Shown in pieces: positions 63,001 to 64,000 of a stretch of DNA of 64,000 nt; within the stretch, counting starts at the first letter, position 1, and the number at the start of each line of letters is the position of its first letter. Source of the stretch: an uncultured delta proteobacterium (GTDB lineage: Bacteria > Myxococcota_A > Polyangia > Polyangiales > B10-G4); NCBI GenBank assembly GCA_963727445.1, contig CAVSGI010000017.1, positions 96,001 to 160,000 on the forward strand, given 5' to 3'. The notes beneath the pieces were generated by a model. It made no database searches and was not told the DNA's origin. It saw only the letters and a list, made by a program, of their open reading frames with translations. Made by a program: the position numbers and the translations under genes.

Positions 63001-63984
63001 TTGAACGCCGCCAACCTCATCGAGGCCTGCGCCGGCGTCGGTGAGCTCGCCCTCGGCCTGCTCGACAAGGTCGACGATCGCGCCATCCGGCCGAGCACGC
63101 TTCACGTGATCGCGTGCTACGTGCATGCGTGGACCCATCCCCTGCGCGAATCGATCGAGGCCGAACGGCGCGTCTTTTCGGTGGGCATGGACGTCGGGGA
63201 TCTCGAATACGCCGGATGGGGTCTGCACGTCGGGATGCTCAACAGCTTCGTCAGCGGCACCGAGCTGTCGAGCCTCTTGGAGACGGGCGAAAAGGACATC
63301 GCCATCCTCCGTTATCACCAGCAGCTCCCTCCTCTCTCCTGCTCGGTGCCCATCGCTGGCGCGGCCGCGACCCTCGTGGGGGCGCAGCCCGAGCCGCTTT
63401 ACGACGAAGCTGCGCACCTGTCGGCGCTCGAGGAGGCCGGCTTCCGGGGCGGCGTATGCGTCACCGCGACGATGGGGGCCTTCGTTCGTTTCGTGATGGG
63501 CGATCTCGAAGGCGCAGCCGAATGGGCCGACAAGAGCCTCGCCCACCTGGACGGCGCGGTCGCGACCTACAACGGCGTGCTCGGCCACCAGACCCTCGCG
63601 CTTGGCAGGCTCGGGCAGGTTGCACCGGGCGATCCGGAGGTCGACGCCGTCGTGGCGTCGGTGGCTCCGCACCTCGAGCAGCTCGGCATCTGGCGCACCG
63701 CCTCCGAGGCCAACCACGCCCATCGCGTGCTCCTGATCGAGGCCGAGGTCGCTCGCGTCCTGGGGCAGGACGAAGAAGCGGCGCAGCTCTACGATCGCGC
63801 CATCCTGCAGGCAGGAGGCGAGGAGTTCACCCAGGACGTCGCCCTCGGCCACGAGCTCGCCATGCGCTTCCATCGCGCGCGCGGCGACGACGGCGCGGCT
63901 GAAGCGCACCGGAAAGCGGCTCGAACGGCCTACGAAGCGTGGGGTGCGCGCGCGAAGTGCGCGCAGCTCGACGCCGCCGGTTGA
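60076..63984 (+). CDS. Ser/Thr kinase fused to an AAA/STAND ATPase and a TPR-like helical region
   Basis: GGMGSV, VAVK, HRDIKPHN, DFG, APE; LYGRE.E, GYSGIGKT, LDDLQWAD, T.GN.FF, F.HDRV. Confidence 0.92.
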   Translation: MGELDETETARGALPGQPLAPEPSEPLIRGMMLTDRLRLVRPLDRGGMGSVWVAEHLGLGNEVAVKFVLGRANDNRAKRLAREAQLAARLVHPHAVRVFDHGVTDHGTPFIVMELLEGETLNDRIQRAGRMTIDEVRQLVTQVTGVLEEAHGLGIAHRDIKPHNIVLLEATEGLFAKVLDFGIAKSLDEDISSSLTTEGEVIGTPVYMAPEQLVEGLPAGESADLWGLTVVAYQALTGQRPFEGRTRAALGVAILLGRYAAPSAIDPAVPSDIDRFFADNLSVEPSQRCATASELRESFQKAATSSARGTARKPRHEGRLVIPDRLYGREREVATLLGAFDRAAADRSRLVLIAGYSGIGKTALVAEIETPLDARGATFVGGKFDQFDRGTPYASLVQAFRGLVLRILSGKEREVWRRRIVRGVRENLAALTDVIPELTDLIGPQPALEPASPGEARSRFQATIGRFVAALASSERPLAIFLDDLQWADLPSLDLIASLATNPESRHVLLIGTYRDNEVDEAHPLTAMIGRVRDSGAALDEVALGPLGEEAVLDLVTDATHNAPGRVRLAVECHKKTRGNAFFLRRFLESLTEADLLRFDADSNTWTWDLTEIQAVPMAPSVVDFVADEMRRMPEPQRQPLGVAACIGARFDLAVLAFVLGIDRGRALEALRGALESEMVLPETHGSWLAGPIDLHEGRLSFRFAHDRVRQAARSLVDDEAAALIHGRVGRYLLDHLDPAEREQRLFEVVEHLNRGGAEDLESTGASRLRRLNLDAGKRALASAAFEPAFRYYQEAHARLPQSAWDDGYAETLDIHVEGARAAYLSGEYDAMEELLGVALARAKSPVERARVQQVRLSALVSQERFVEAFALASPVLAELGVTLPEAPTGEDVKAAVGASLGVIQEHGAEAILSLERCEDPEVVAAMHIQYQVMSSAYLVQPNLVPVLTSNMVRATVEHGLCRESPYCFSVLALVLNAANLIEACAGVGELALGLLDKVDDRAIRPSTLHVIACYVHAWTHPLRESIEAERRVFSVGMDVGDLEYAGWGLHVGMLNSFVSGTELSSLLETGEKDIAILRYHQQLPPLSCSVPIAGAAATLVGAQPEPLYDEAAHLSALEEAGFRGGVCVTATMGAFVRFVMGDLEGAAEWADKSLAHLDGAVATYNGVLGHQTLALGRLGQVAPGDPEVDAVVASVAPHLEQLGIWRTASEANHAHRVLLIEAEVARVLGQDEEAAQLYDRAILQAGGEEFTQDVALGHELAMRFHRARGDDGAAEAHRKAARTAYEAWGARAKCAQLDAAG

Positions 63985-64000
63985 CCAGCAGCCTCGTCAG

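Overview
GC-rich bacterial chromosomal segment. Its gene content points to Myxococcota, probably Polyangia/Sandaracinaceae-like (inference): many Cys-rich lipoproteins, HRDISPHN-type and PEGA Ser/Thr kinases, a GKAD-motif protein and a MYXO-CTERM-like tail. Recognisable loci are a stand-alone fusA paralogue with about 20 apparent frameshifts, cydAB, pirin, a sigma54 activator, a TetR/hydrolase pair, a FucI-like isomerase/FGGY kinase/sugar ABC cluster, a VKOR-DsbA/OmpA-like/TlpA operon, ychJ, infA, a MutS-domain-V protein, a PutP-like symporter, a reductive pyrimidine-catabolism operon (aminotransferase, preT, preA, NCS1), ptrB and a kinase-STAND ATPase. No intact rRNA, tRNA or CRISPR array was seen. 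The most unusual region is the first 2 kb. There a RelE/ParE toxin-antitoxin pair plus a lipoprotein gene is bracketed by two direct repeats, each made of the same hairpin followed by a tRNA-Glu 3'-end fragment (att-like, cassette-like). It is followed by a 183-bp Y-shaped palindromic element and a REP-like unit whose homologue forms a 3x105-bp tandem array after infA. Also notable are a perfect sigma54 promoter linking a GAF-bEBP to a lipoprotein-anchored 4xDUF1508 (YegP) protein, a TetR operator copy inside a coding sequence, and repeated signs of leaderless transcription. All family calls come from motif recognition by eye; no database search was run.
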